DNA of 64,000 bases from a virus. The DNA lies in the IMG/VR virus record IMGVR_UViG_3300030102_006178, positions 1 to 64,000 of that record, one strand, 5' to 3'. Made by a program: the position numbers and the translations under genes. This document shows, piece after piece, positions 48,923 through 58,084 of the stretch. The stretch's first letter is position 1; each line of letters starts with the position of its first letter. The notes beneath the pieces are model-generated. The model ran no database searches. It was not told the DNA's origin and was given only the letters and a program-made list of their open reading frames with translations.

Positions 48923-50344
48923 ATGTCAACGTTAACCATTTCACAGTTCGATTTAAACCAAATCATCATAGAAGAAACAAAGAGACTTCTAGAAGAAAAG
49001 AGTTTTGTTAAAAGATCAACCAGATCTGTTGTATCCGAGATTTCGGATCGCTATGAACGCACGCCGGTGGTGCGACCCTATACTCTTCCAGCCAAAGGCC
49101 CTGATGTTCTTCTAGACGTTTTACAAGCTACTTTGGGATTAGCGGGGTTATTCCAAGGCCCATGGGAACTAGCCGATCTCATGAATGCGGCAATAAGCTT
49201 CGGCAGAGGGCAATGTTTTGAAGCTACTTTAGATATAATTAGCGCGTTACCAATTGGAGGAGCAATTTCAGCTGCGACACTAGGTGCCTATAGGGCGGCT
49301 AAAATAGCTGGCAAAACTGGACAATTTTCTACAGTGCTTAAAGCTTATATGGGTATGGTTACAAATTTTCTTAAATATAAAAATGAAATATTGGAGTCTG
49401 CGGACAAGGTATCGCAACTTTTAATAAATGTCCCCAAGGTTATAGCCCCAATTGCACGAAGGGGGGATATAACAAATAAAATTTTTAGAAAAAAAATTGT
49501 TGACAATCCTCGCCTGATCCCTAAGGAAGTTCGAGAAGAAATCCAGGATTATGTTAATACTGCTAGTAGAAAGGATCCTGGATTGAGCACCGCGCAACTT
49601 CAAGGACTGATGGACAAAAAGAAAGAAGAATATGCAGATAAAATTCTCACGAGAAGATCCCAAGGAGAAGGCATTGAAAGTGAAGAAGTAAGAGAAATGT
49701 ATGTGGCAGCCAGGCAAGAAGCCAATAGGCGCTTAAGACAAAAAATTGGTCCTCTCTCTGCATACGACTCTGAAGAAGCACTTACAAGAGATGTTGAAAT
49801 TCTCTTTGGTATTAAAGGTGGCGAAATAGCTAGAGGAGGTCCAGGACTTGGTCTTAGCAAAGTTACCAATCCCGAAACGGGCAAGATAAGCTCACAGCTT
49901 ACCCCAATAGCTTCCAGAGTAACGCAGTCCCTGGGGCCAAGAATAGGGGCGCCTATGGCTTTGGCGGCAAGAGTCAGTAGTATCGTTGTTCAGGTTATTA
50001 ACTTCTTTTATAAAGCAATGCCTTTCCTTTCTAACTTTATCTCTGGTATGGCTAAAAATATTGATTTTCTCTACAGAGCAGGCGCTGATGCTGTAAAGTT
50101 TGTTGCAGATCTCAACAAAGCGTTGAATGAAGGATTTTGCAAACTATCCATGGCACCCTTGACGGCATTTGCGGATCTTTATAAAAAATCTTTCAACAAT
50201 CAAAATGACGATGTGGTTGACCTAGGCCCGACCCCATCAATGCTGCCGAAACCACCAAAACGTGGCACCGGACAAGGGCAGCCAGCGTCACAGACGGGCA
50301 CGTCTACAGCGGACGCTGAAGAAGTAGAATTAGATAGTATCTAA
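48923..50344 (+). CDS. Protein with N-terminal L..II.EE tag and pre-toxin TG (PT-TG)-like domain
   Basis: LDVLQATLGLAGLFQGPWELADLMNAAISFGRGQCFEATLDIISALPIGG fits the PT-TG pattern. Confidence 0.6.
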   Translation: MSTLTISQFDLNQIIIEETKRLLEEKSFVKRSTRSVVSEISDRYERTPVVRPYTLPAKGPDVLLDVLQATLGLAGLFQGPWELADLMNAAISFGRGQCFEATLDIISALPIGGAISAATLGAYRAAKIAGKTGQFSTVLKAYMGMVTNFLKYKNEILESADKVSQLLINVPKVIAPIARRGDITNKIFRKKIVDNPRLIPKEVREEIQDYVNTASRKDPGLSTAQLQGLMDKKKEEYADKILTRRSQGEGIESEEVREMYVAARQEANRRLRQKIGPLSAYDSEEALTRDVEILFGIKGGEIARGGPGLGLSKVTNPETGKISSQLTPIASRVTQSLGPRIGAPMALAARVSSIVVQVINFFYKAMPFLSNFISGMAKNIDFLYRAGADAVKFVADLNKALNEGFCKLSMAPLTAFADLYKKSFNNQNDDVVDLGPTPSMLPKPPKRGTGQGQPASQTGTSTADAEEVELDSI

Positions 50345-50376
50345 AGTAATGAACGGCGGCAAGGGAGTACGAATAG

Positions 50377-51555
50377 ATGGCTGATGTAAGAAATATTAGT
50401 TTTCCAAAAAACATAAAAAAGCCAAGAAATATTATTGTCGCAGCGAAAGGAGAACTTATAGAAGCTGGAATTCTTAATAACGAAGGCAAACCTAACAGCC
50501 CATACAGAATTGTAGCTTCTTCTGATAAAGCGAATGTTGGTATAAAATTAGTAGATGGCTATGATTGGACCAGCACTGACCCAAAAGACTATAGATATAT
50601 CAGCCTAAAAAAACGCTCTGATAACGAAGCAAAAGTACGAAAAGCAATTGCGGGCATACTAGGCACCAATTACACCGATAAATACAATGTTTTTGTATCA
50701 AGGACCTATAATCAAGCACTAGGCACTAAGGGGGGTGACGCAGGTAGCTGGCACATGCATGGGTTAGCGGCAGACATTAGTTTAAAAGCGGGAGAAGGCA
50801 GGAAAAAAGCACAAGCAGAATTAGCAGTCCGCTTTATGGAGCCCGACGCCAAAAGGGTATTCCCAAGGCTCCTAGTATACACAGACACTAACCATATACA
50901 CGTAACGCATGCTGATGGGGTGAGAAAGAAAAGTTCAAAACTGTGGAGCAAGAAAGGCCCGGTAACAGGTCAAGCACTCGATCAATTCTTGAGCGACCAA
51001 GGAGTTACTTCTGGCCTCTCTAACGCCACAGATGAGAAAGAACCAGAAGAAAAGGAAGAAGCTCCGAAATATGTAACAACGGATAGGGACAGGGAAAGGC
51101 AGGAATTCTATGCACAAGCAAGAGAGAGAGCAGAAGAGTTTTATAGAAAAAAAGAAGCAGAGTTAGAGGCGAGGCGAGCGTACCTTATTCGCCAGCGAAC
51201 GGTAGATAGAGAACTGGTAAAGCTCGATATAGCCGAGGATAAGGCAAAAGGAGATTTGGAGGCCTTCGTCGTAACCTTGCCAAATCGCTTAAAAGCCAAG
51301 TTTTCTGCGGACTTTAGAAATGCAAAGGAGCCGGAAGCAGAAGGGACCAGTACAGACACTACAAAGAGACAGGACAGAACAAGCCAACTGTATAGAAATT
51401 ATTATACTTTAGCAAAAGCTTATAGCGATGCTAGAGAAGCCCGCAATAACTTTATTGAAGTCAATAAAGCTCTTTTAGCTCCAGAGAATGAAATAAGAGA
51501 AAATAAATTATTCGACATCATAAAACAAGAAGTCAGAAAGTTCTTGATGCTGTGA
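50377..51555 (+). CDS. Peptidase M15 (Zn D-Ala-D-Ala peptidase-like) with coiled-coil tail
   Basis: R..NQALG..GG..GSWHMHGLAAD...YTDTNHIHV (SxHxxGxAxD and HxH). Confidence 0.75.
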   Translation: MADVRNISFPKNIKKPRNIIVAAKGELIEAGILNNEGKPNSPYRIVASSDKANVGIKLVDGYDWTSTDPKDYRYISLKKRSDNEAKVRKAIAGILGTNYTDKYNVFVSRTYNQALGTKGGDAGSWHMHGLAADISLKAGEGRKKAQAELAVRFMEPDAKRVFPRLLVYTDTNHIHVTHADGVRKKSSKLWSKKGPVTGQALDQFLSDQGVTSGLSNATDEKEPEEKEEAPKYVTTDRDRERQEFYAQARERAEEFYRKKEAELEARRAYLIRQRTVDRELVKLDIAEDKAKGDLEAFVVTLPNRLKAKFSADFRNAKEPEAEGTSTDTTKRQDRTSQLYRNYYTLAKAYSDAREARNNFIEVNKALLAPENEIRENKLFDIIKQEVRKFLML

Positions 51556-51580
51556 TGTGTCCATGATACATTCACAGCAT
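51544..51580 (+). promoter_or_regulatory. Sigma70-like promoter (TTGATG-N17-TACATT, extended -10) overlapped by a 15-bp hairpin
   Basis: -35 at 51544-51549, -10 at 51567-51572, ATG 7 nt later; inverted repeat 51547-51580. Confidence 0.5.
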
Positions 51581-52511
51581 GAATGACAAAATGAAAATCC
51601 TAAAAGATGTTCTTGGAAGATCTCGTAAATCAAACCAAGAGCATCTTTTTTATTGCCCCTACTGTAACCACCACAAGATGAAGTTCTCTGTCAATATCGA
51701 CAAGAATGTATATAAATGCTGGGTCTGTGACAAGAGGGGCACCGACATCTACCAGGTAATTAGAAAGCATGGGACGTTCAGCCAGGTCCAGCAATGGAGA
51801 GCTTTGTCTGGTAAGGTTGAGATAACTGAATTTGACAACCTCTTTGAAGAAAAAGAAAAGCCCGCAGAGCAAACTATCCGCTTGCCAGACTGCTTTCAAC
51901 CAATAGCAAATGGCGTAGATATACGGGCCAAATCTGCCATCAACTACCTAATTAAAAGAGGAGTAACAAGTGAAGACATACTTAGATGGAAGATTGGTTA
52001 TTGTGACGAGGGGGAGTACAAAGGCAGGATTATTGTTCCATCATTTGGCTTATCTGGCTATGCCAATTTCTTTATCGCTCGCACATATAATCGCAACTGG
52101 ATGAAATATAAGAATCCAAGAACAAACAAGGACATCATATTCAATGAACTTTATCTTGATTGGGACAAGGACATTATCCTTGTTGAAGGGGTGTTCGACG
52201 CGATTAGGGCACATACCATCGGTACTGCTATCCCGCTTGTAGGCTCAACTTTAAGAGAAAACTCAAAACTTTTCCAAGCCCTTGTCAGGCACAACCAAAG
52301 GGTTTATGTTGCTCTGGACGATGATGCGAGAGCCAAGGCTTCTACTATCATTAACAAGTTAATAGATTACGACATTCAGACTTATTCACTAGACACCTCT
52401 GGCTATGAGGATGTGGCTGAAATGCCAAGAGATGTTCTTATGGCTAGAAAAGAACAAGCAGATAGAATGAGTTCTGACAATCATTTATTTCAAAAACTAA
52501 TGAACTTATAG
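51579..52511 (+). CDS. DNA primase (Zn finger plus TOPRIM)
   Basis: CPYCNH...YKCWVC; RIIVP; KYKNP; LVEGVFDA; ALDDD. Confidence 0.9.
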   Translation: MNDKMKILKDVLGRSRKSNQEHLFYCPYCNHHKMKFSVNIDKNVYKCWVCDKRGTDIYQVIRKHGTFSQVQQWRALSGKVEITEFDNLFEEKEKPAEQTIRLPDCFQPIANGVDIRAKSAINYLIKRGVTSEDILRWKIGYCDEGEYKGRIIVPSFGLSGYANFFIARTYNRNWMKYKNPRTNKDIIFNELYLDWDKDIILVEGVFDAIRAHTIGTAIPLVGSTLRENSKLFQALVRHNQRVYVALDDDARAKASTIINKLIDYDIQTYSLDTSGYEDVAEMPRDVLMARKEQADRMSSDNHLFQKLMNL

Positions 52512-52524
52512 CACGGGAGTATTT

Positions 52525-55500
52525 ATGAAGTTCGCACACATAGCTGATACTCATATCAGAAACCTTAGATACCATAAAGAATACACTCAGGTATTCGAGC
52601 AACTATATGACACCCTCATTGAAGAGGGCGTTGATTATATCATTCATTGTGGCGACATCGCTCACACAAAGACACAGATCTCTCCAGAGTTTGTTGATAT
52701 GTGCTCTGATTTTCTTAGCAGCCTAGCAACCATTGCGCCAACATATGTGATTCTTGGCAACCATGACGGAAACCTAAAGAACACAGGCCGCCTTGACGCA
52801 CTAACTCCTATAGTCGAAGCTCTAGAGCACCCTAACTTGCATCTACTTAAGGACTCTCAAGAGGTGTATCTAAGGGATGGGTTTGCGCTAAACGTACTGT
52901 CGGTATTTGACGAAGAAAACTGGCAAGACCCTTCCAATTACGATAATGTTAATATTGCACTTTATCATGGCGCAATCTCTAATTGCCAGACGGACAGTGG
53001 CTGGGTTATGGAAAACGGAGAGCATGATGCTTCAATTTTTGAAGAATTTGATTATGCTTTCTTGGGCGATATCCATAAGCCGCAAGCTATGGATAAAGCG
53101 GGGAAGATTCGATACGCAGGCTCGACAGTACAGCAAGGCTTTGGCGAGACAGAAGATAAGGGAATTCTTATTTGGGACATAAAAGACCAAAACACTTTCG
53201 ATGTCAAGAGGGTGACATTTAAGAATCCAAAGCCATTTGTTACCGTAGAGCTAGAGAGTGGCAAGCTACCAGAGGTTGAAATACAGAAGGGTGCGAGGGT
53301 AAGGCTAGTCTCACATGACAGCATTAGTCTAGAGGATATGAAGAAGGCTGTTGACGTAGCGCAGCACAAGTTTAGACCAGAGAGCATTACGTTCCTAAAC
53401 AAGAACATTAGCCAAAACAGAGTATCAGATCAAACAATTGACGAAATGGGGCACGATGATCTTAGAGACATTGTGGTCCAGAGAAGGCTAATCAAAGAAT
53501 TCTTGGAGGACTACAAGCTGCAGCCTGCCGTTATGTCAAAAATCCTTGAATTAAACGACAAGTATAATCTAATGGCAGAAGAGAAGGAAGAAGTTCTGCG
53601 AAATGTCAACTGGAAGGTTAAGAGCCTAAAGTTTGATAACCTCTTTAACTATGGCGAGGACAATGAAGTAGACTTCGCTAATCTTAACGGGATTGTTGGC
53701 ATCTTTGGTAAAAACTATTCTGGCAAGTCTAGCATAATCGACAGTTTTCTTTACACAATGTTCAACACAACTTCCAAGAATGAGCGCAAGAACCTTAATG
53801 TAATTAACTTTGATAAGGACTACGCATCTGGAGAACTTGAGCTTGTTACCGATGACGGAACTGTCTGGAACATTAACCGCCGTTCTGAGAAGTATACAAG
53901 GCGTTCTAAGGGCTCCGAGATCACAGAAGCACGAACAGACGTTAACTTCACCAGTGTCGCTGTAGACGGCTCTAAGGGCGTCCACAATAGCCTTACGAGA
54001 AACGAGACAGATAAGGAGATACGTAAGACGTTTGGAACAATTGACGACTTCTTGCTAACCTCAATGTCTTCACAGCTTGACTCGCTATCTTTTATTCGAG
54101 AAGGATCGACAAAGCGTAAGGAAATCTTTGGAAAGTTTCTAGACCTTGAAATGTTTGATAAAAAGTACAAGCTAGCTAAAGCAGATTCCTCCGACCTGAA
54201 GGGTGCTCTTAAGAGGCTTGAGGGCAAAGACTATGCCGCTGACATAGATAAGGCACTTTACGACCTAGAAGAGTGCGTGATTAATCATGCAGACAAACAA
54301 GAAGAGATTAAGGTTGTGTCGCAGAAAATTGAAGACTATAGGAAGCAGATTGCTTCTTTACAAGTAAAGATTGATTCCACGCCCACAGAGCTTATTGACA
54401 TCGTGATGCTGAAGAAGAAACTTCAAGACAAGAGGAACCAGCTTATATCGGTAAGAGATCAGCAGGCTGAATTGCAGAAGAAGATATCTAACTATGAAGT
54501 AGCTATCCAGGCTTTCACCGATCATGTCGAAGAGTTTGATGTTGCTTCTTACGAAAGTAGAATTAATAAGTGCTCAAAGATAGACGATCTTTTGGGAGAA
54601 GTACAGCAGAAAATCAGGGAAGTTTCCAGGGAAAAGAAGCAGAATGAAAGGCAAGCTACAACTCTAGATGGGATACCTTGCGGGTCTACGTATCCTACTT
54701 GCAAGTTCATTAAGGACGCCTACGTGGCAAAAGCTAACATACCAGCTAACGAAGCAGACCTCGCAAAGCTTCAGTCACACACAGAAAAGTTACAAGAAAA
54801 GCGCAGTGCACTTGATGGAGACGAGGCGCAAGAAAAGATGGACAAGTATCAAAAAGTTGTTTCCAAAAGAAAAGAGTACAAGGCTGCCCTAGAGAAGTCG
54901 ATCCTCACGATCGACAGAAATAAAGCCATAATCACTAGACTAGCGGCAGAGATAGAAGTGCTAGACAACAAGAAAAAGCAGTATGATATAAACAAGGAGG
55001 CGATTGAAGGTTTGGGTCTTTTGATTCAAGAGAAGCAAACATTAGAGTCGGCTCTTGCCACAAGGCAGCTAGAAAAGAAAAATCTAGACAACGAAGCCAA
55101 ACTACTATATAAAAAGCTAGGCTCTCTTGAACAGAAGATTGAGAATCTTCAAGAGCAGCAGCAAGAACTAGTAGCATTACAAGAGGAGTATTCAGCTTAT
55201 GACCTTTACGCTAAGTGTATGCATAGCAATGGTATTGCTTATGAAATTATCAAAAGCAAGCTTCCAGTCATTAATGAAGAAATACACAAGTTTCTGCTAA
55301 ATATAGTAGATTTTGTTGTGTTCTTTGAAGACGATGGCAAGAGGTTAAATATATTTATTCAGCACCCAGAGCAAGACCCAAGGCCGCTTGAAATGGGATC
55401 TGGGGCTGAAAAGACGATAGCAGCTATGGCTATACGACTAGCTATGTTATCTGTTTCCAACCTCCCAAAGGGCGATATCTTTATTCTAGATGAGCCGGGC

Positions 55501-55668
55501 ACAGCTTTGGATGAAGAGAACATGGAAGGATTTACCAGGATACTTGATATGGTAAAGACTCAGTTCAAAACTGTTCTTCTTATTTCGCACCTCGAAACTT
55601 TAAAGGACTGTGTCGATATGCAGATAAGTATAGAGAGGAAAGAAGGCCATGCTTTTGTTTCTTCTTAG
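52525..55668 (+). CDS. Fused SbcD(Mre11/gp47)-SbcC(Rad50/gp46) nuclease-ATPase
   Basis: DTH, GD, GNHD, HG, GDIH phosphoesterase motifs; Walker A GKNYSGKSS; coiled coil; GSGAEK signature; ILDEP; ISH. Confidence 0.92.
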   Translation: MKFAHIADTHIRNLRYHKEYTQVFEQLYDTLIEEGVDYIIHCGDIAHTKTQISPEFVDMCSDFLSSLATIAPTYVILGNHDGNLKNTGRLDALTPIVEALEHPNLHLLKDSQEVYLRDGFALNVLSVFDEENWQDPSNYDNVNIALYHGAISNCQTDSGWVMENGEHDASIFEEFDYAFLGDIHKPQAMDKAGKIRYAGSTVQQGFGETEDKGILIWDIKDQNTFDVKRVTFKNPKPFVTVELESGKLPEVEIQKGARVRLVSHDSISLEDMKKAVDVAQHKFRPESITFLNKNISQNRVSDQTIDEMGHDDLRDIVVQRRLIKEFLEDYKLQPAVMSKILELNDKYNLMAEEKEEVLRNVNWKVKSLKFDNLFNYGEDNEVDFANLNGIVGIFGKNYSGKSSIIDSFLYTMFNTTSKNERKNLNVINFDKDYASGELELVTDDGTVWNINRRSEKYTRRSKGSEITEARTDVNFTSVAVDGSKGVHNSLTRNETDKEIRKTFGTIDDFLLTSMSSQLDSLSFIREGSTKRKEIFGKFLDLEMFDKKYKLAKADSSDLKGALKRLEGKDYAADIDKALYDLEECVINHADKQEEIKVVSQKIEDYRKQIASLQVKIDSTPTELIDIVMLKKKLQDKRNQLISVRDQQAELQKKISNYEVAIQAFTDHVEEFDVASYESRINKCSKIDDLLGEVQQKIREVSREKKQNERQATTLDGIPCGSTYPTCKFIKDAYVAKANIPANEADLAKLQSHTEKLQEKRSALDGDEAQEKMDKYQKVVSKRKEYKAALEKSILTIDRNKAIITRLAAEIEVLDNKKKQYDINKEAIEGLGLLIQEKQTLESALATRQLEKKNLDNEAKLLYKKLGSLEQKIENLQEQQQELVALQEEYSAYDLYAKCMHSNGIAYEIIKSKLPVINEEIHKFLLNIVDFVVFFEDDGKRLNIFIQHPEQDPRPLEMGSGAEKTIAAMAIRLAMLSVSNLPKGDIFILDEPGTALDEENMEGFTRILDMVKTQFKTVLLISHLETLKDCVDMQISIERKEGHAFVSS

Positions 55669-55679
55669 ACTAATTATTG
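55669..55679 (+). promoter_or_regulatory. Putative late promoter ACTAATTATTG
   Basis: Motif variant directly after the SbcDC stop and upstream of the GGAG RBS and ATG 55699. Confidence 0.5.
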
Positions 55680-55698
55680 TATGCGGGAGAGAACTATT

Positions 55699-56142
55699 AT
55701 GAAAAAGACAAAGATACGTATAAAAGAGATGGTCAAACAGGAGCTTTCTAGAATCCTTCGTGAAGCAACCCTGCCAAAAGATCCAGAAGCAGCTTCTAAA
55801 CTAGCGGCAATGGATGCGGTGGACGACCTTCATAGTACCCCGCCTCACCTTCGTCGGAAGCGACTCGATCCTGACGATTTTTCTGAGGAAGACGTTCTCG
55901 GAACTACAGACCCAGAACTGATGACGGCCGATCAAAGTGACCCCGAAACTAGATTAATTAATCATCTTATTATACGCACGCAAGTCGACAAAATGTCTCC
56001 GAAAGAGAGAGAAAAGTTTGTAGGCGGAGATAAAGCTGTGCTTCGACTTTTGAACGATATACTTGCTAATCCTAAGTTCAACAATCCGTCCGAAGTCTTT
56101 GATAAGTTTCTGGCTACTGGGGAATTGCCTTATGATGATTAA
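55699..56142 (+). CDS. Hypothetical protein with N-terminal IKEMVKQEL..IL.E tag
   Basis: GGAG RBS favours ATG 55699. Confidence 0.65.
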   Translation: MKKTKIRIKEMVKQELSRILREATLPKDPEAASKLAAMDAVDDLHSTPPHLRRKRLDPDDFSEEDVLGTTDPELMTADQSDPETRLINHLIIRTQVDKMSPKEREKFVGGDKAVLRLLNDILANPKFNNPSEVFDKFLATGELPYDD

Positions 56143-56160
56143 TAAAAAATAGGAGGTACT

Positions 56161-56352
56161 ATGACAATGGCAAAAGCATTTGTGGATAAGGGACTGGAAA
56201 AGATTCTTTCACGCAAGCTACTAGTGTGGGCCACAGCGACAGGCTTAGCAGCTGGGGGCTTTCTTACAAGTGGTGATTGGGTTATGATCTCGGCACTCTA
56301 TATCGGAGGCCAAAGTGTCATTGACGCAATCGTTAAGCTAAAGGGTGCTTGA
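56161..56352 (+). CDS. Putative holin
   Basis: 63 aa, two TM helices, SRKLLV motif, M-T-M dual-start-like N-terminus, AGGAGG RBS. Confidence 0.6.
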   Translation: MTMAKAFVDKGLEKILSRKLLVWATATGLAAGGFLTSGDWVMISALYIGGQSVIDAIVKLKGA

Positions 56353-56729
56353 TGCTCCGTGTTTTTCAGTTAATTCAAAGTTATTGGAAGGAATTGCTAA
56401 TTGCGATCCTGATCGCAACAGTATCAGTTCTTTGGTGGAGAGACCACCAGGGCTTGGTACATGCTTACGATGCCTCTACTAAAAGCTATGAGCAGAGGAT
56501 CGAAGGCCTAAAAAGCAGTTATGAAAAAGAGGTGGTCAAGAAGGACGAAGCTCTCAGTGAGTATAAAAAGAGAATAATTATCCTAGAAAACGAGCGTCAA
56601 GATTACATAGAGGAACTAGAGAACAGCAAGGCTGATAGAAAGGTGGAGTTAATCAATCTGCGAAGAGGAGATCCGGATGGGTTCATCTTAAAGATTGAGA
56701 CTCAATTTGGTTTTGAGCATGTTGAATAA
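56349..56729 (+). CDS. Putative inner-membrane spanin-like protein
   Basis: N-terminal TM plus coiled coil, directly after the holin. Confidence 0.5.
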   Translation: MMLRVFQLIQSYWKELLIAILIATVSVLWWRDHQGLVHAYDASTKSYEQRIEGLKSSYEKEVVKKDEALSEYKKRIIILENERQDYIEELENSKADRKVELINLRRGDPDGFILKIETQFGFEHVE

Positions 56730-57150
56730 GATTTTACTAGCTTCTATCCTGTTGTTTCCGTTAGCTACCTATGCAGACGAAGGTAGATTTTCTCTTGTGC
56801 CGAGAGGAGGCGCAGTTAAGTTCGATGCAACCTGCTTTGACGATGAAGCTATGGCAAAGATTTTAACTTTTAGTGAGTTTGTCGCAGTTGAATTAAATGC
56901 TGCTTGTTCCTTTGAGAAGGACAAAATGCTGCTAGACCACAACCTAGAGATAGAGAATCTACAAATAGAAAAGCAAGGCATAGAAGAACGATACCAGATA
57001 GAGATAGACACCAGGGATGAAGAGATAGAAGCCCTAAGAACAATAGTCAAGAAAAACAAAAAATTAAATATTCCAATTGTAGTCGCTACAAGCATCGCAA
57101 TTGGTTTTGGTGCTGGTTTCGGCACTTATCACTTAGCGAGCAAGCAATGA
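56719..57150 (+). CDS. Secreted/membrane coiled-coil protein (spanin-partner-like)
   Basis: Signal peptide MLNKILLASILLFPLATYA; coiled coil; C-terminal TM. Confidence 0.55.
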   Translation: MLNKILLASILLFPLATYADEGRFSLVPRGGAVKFDATCFDDEAMAKILTFSEFVAVELNAACSFEKDKMLLDHNLEIENLQIEKQGIEERYQIEIDTRDEEIEALRTIVKKNKKLNIPIVVATSIAIGFGAGFGTYHLASKQ

Positions 57151-57533
57151 AGGACTTGAATAGAATAGCAAAAATAGAGCAAGCAATTGCAAAGAAGTAT
57201 GGGGCCGAGGCCATAGACAACCCAAGAAAATATTGGGATGATGAAAAAGAGAAGTCTTACCAAGAGCAGATCAAAGAGATAGCAGAAAAGGAACGCATAC
57301 ATCAGGAAAGCGAAGAGAAAGAAGAAGTCGATGGTGTTTTAATTTCTAAAAAACTACTTAATAGAGAGACTACGAGGAGAGACTGCCCTGTTTGTGAAAC
57401 TTATTCCTTTAATTTAAAGGATGATGCCTATATGAACAAGTATGATTGTTGCTATAATTGTTTTGTTCAATGGGTTGATGGTAGAGAAGACAGGTGGTCA
57501 ACAGGGTGGCGTCCGCCAAAGGGAGATGAGTAA
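57147..57533 (+). CDS. Zinc-finger hypothetical protein
   Basis: CPVC...CCYNC; coupled start. Confidence 0.7.
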   Translation: MKDLNRIAKIEQAIAKKYGAEAIDNPRKYWDDEKEKSYQEQIKEIAEKERIHQESEEKEEVDGVLISKKLLNRETTRRDCPVCETYSFNLKDDAYMNKYDCCYNCFVQWVDGREDRWSTGWRPPKGDE

Positions 57534-58081
57534 TGGCAACTACTTTAGAAATTATTAGAGGGATCTCGCAGGCAGCAGCTAATGCTTATGACGGCGCCCA
57601 CAAGGAAGAGTATTCCGCAGATGGCAAGGCGCGAGCGGTTGGCCTTAAGAGAGAAGAGGGTAACCCTCTGATCGACAAGCGTGTTATGGATGGCTTTGGT
57701 GTCTCTTTCCATGGCCCTATGCTTAAGATCTCCTATCATGCCGAGGTGAAGCTAAAGGATATCTACTCAACTCCGTTTGAATCAGAGATAGAGTCAATGA
57801 TCAACGATATCTCAAAGTTTCTCAAAAAAGAATATAAAGCAATCACAGGAGACACCCTGTCTCTTACTCCGCAAGGCGAGGTTGAAGTTCTAGTTCAGAA
57901 TACATCTCGCGTCCGAACATGGTGTCAGGCTCATAGAATGTACAAGATTGGCTCCATAGCAGAAGTAGAGGAAGTCAAGTCTCCTTCCGAAGATCGCATG
58001 GACACTAAGTTTAGAACTTTCTTGGACAACGGTGGCTTTATGGGCAAGAGGCCGGAAAACGATAGTCGCAAGAAAGAGTAA
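57533..58081 (+). CDS. Hypothetical protein upstream of terminase
   Basis: 182-aa ORF; GGAG RBS; TAATG coupling. Confidence 0.75.
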   Translation: MATTLEIIRGISQAAANAYDGAHKEEYSADGKARAVGLKREEGNPLIDKRVMDGFGVSFHGPMLKISYHAEVKLKDIYSTPFESEIESMINDISKFLKKEYKAITGDTLSLTPQGEVEVLVQNTSRVRTWCQAHRMYKIGSIAEVEEVKSPSEDRMDTKFRTFLDNGGFMGKRPENDSRKKE

Positions 58082-58084
58082 GCT

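Noticed and set aside
51551-51576. CRP site (TGTGA...TCACA)
   Set aside because: The half-sites are 16 nt apart rather than 6; the hairpin explains the symmetry better.
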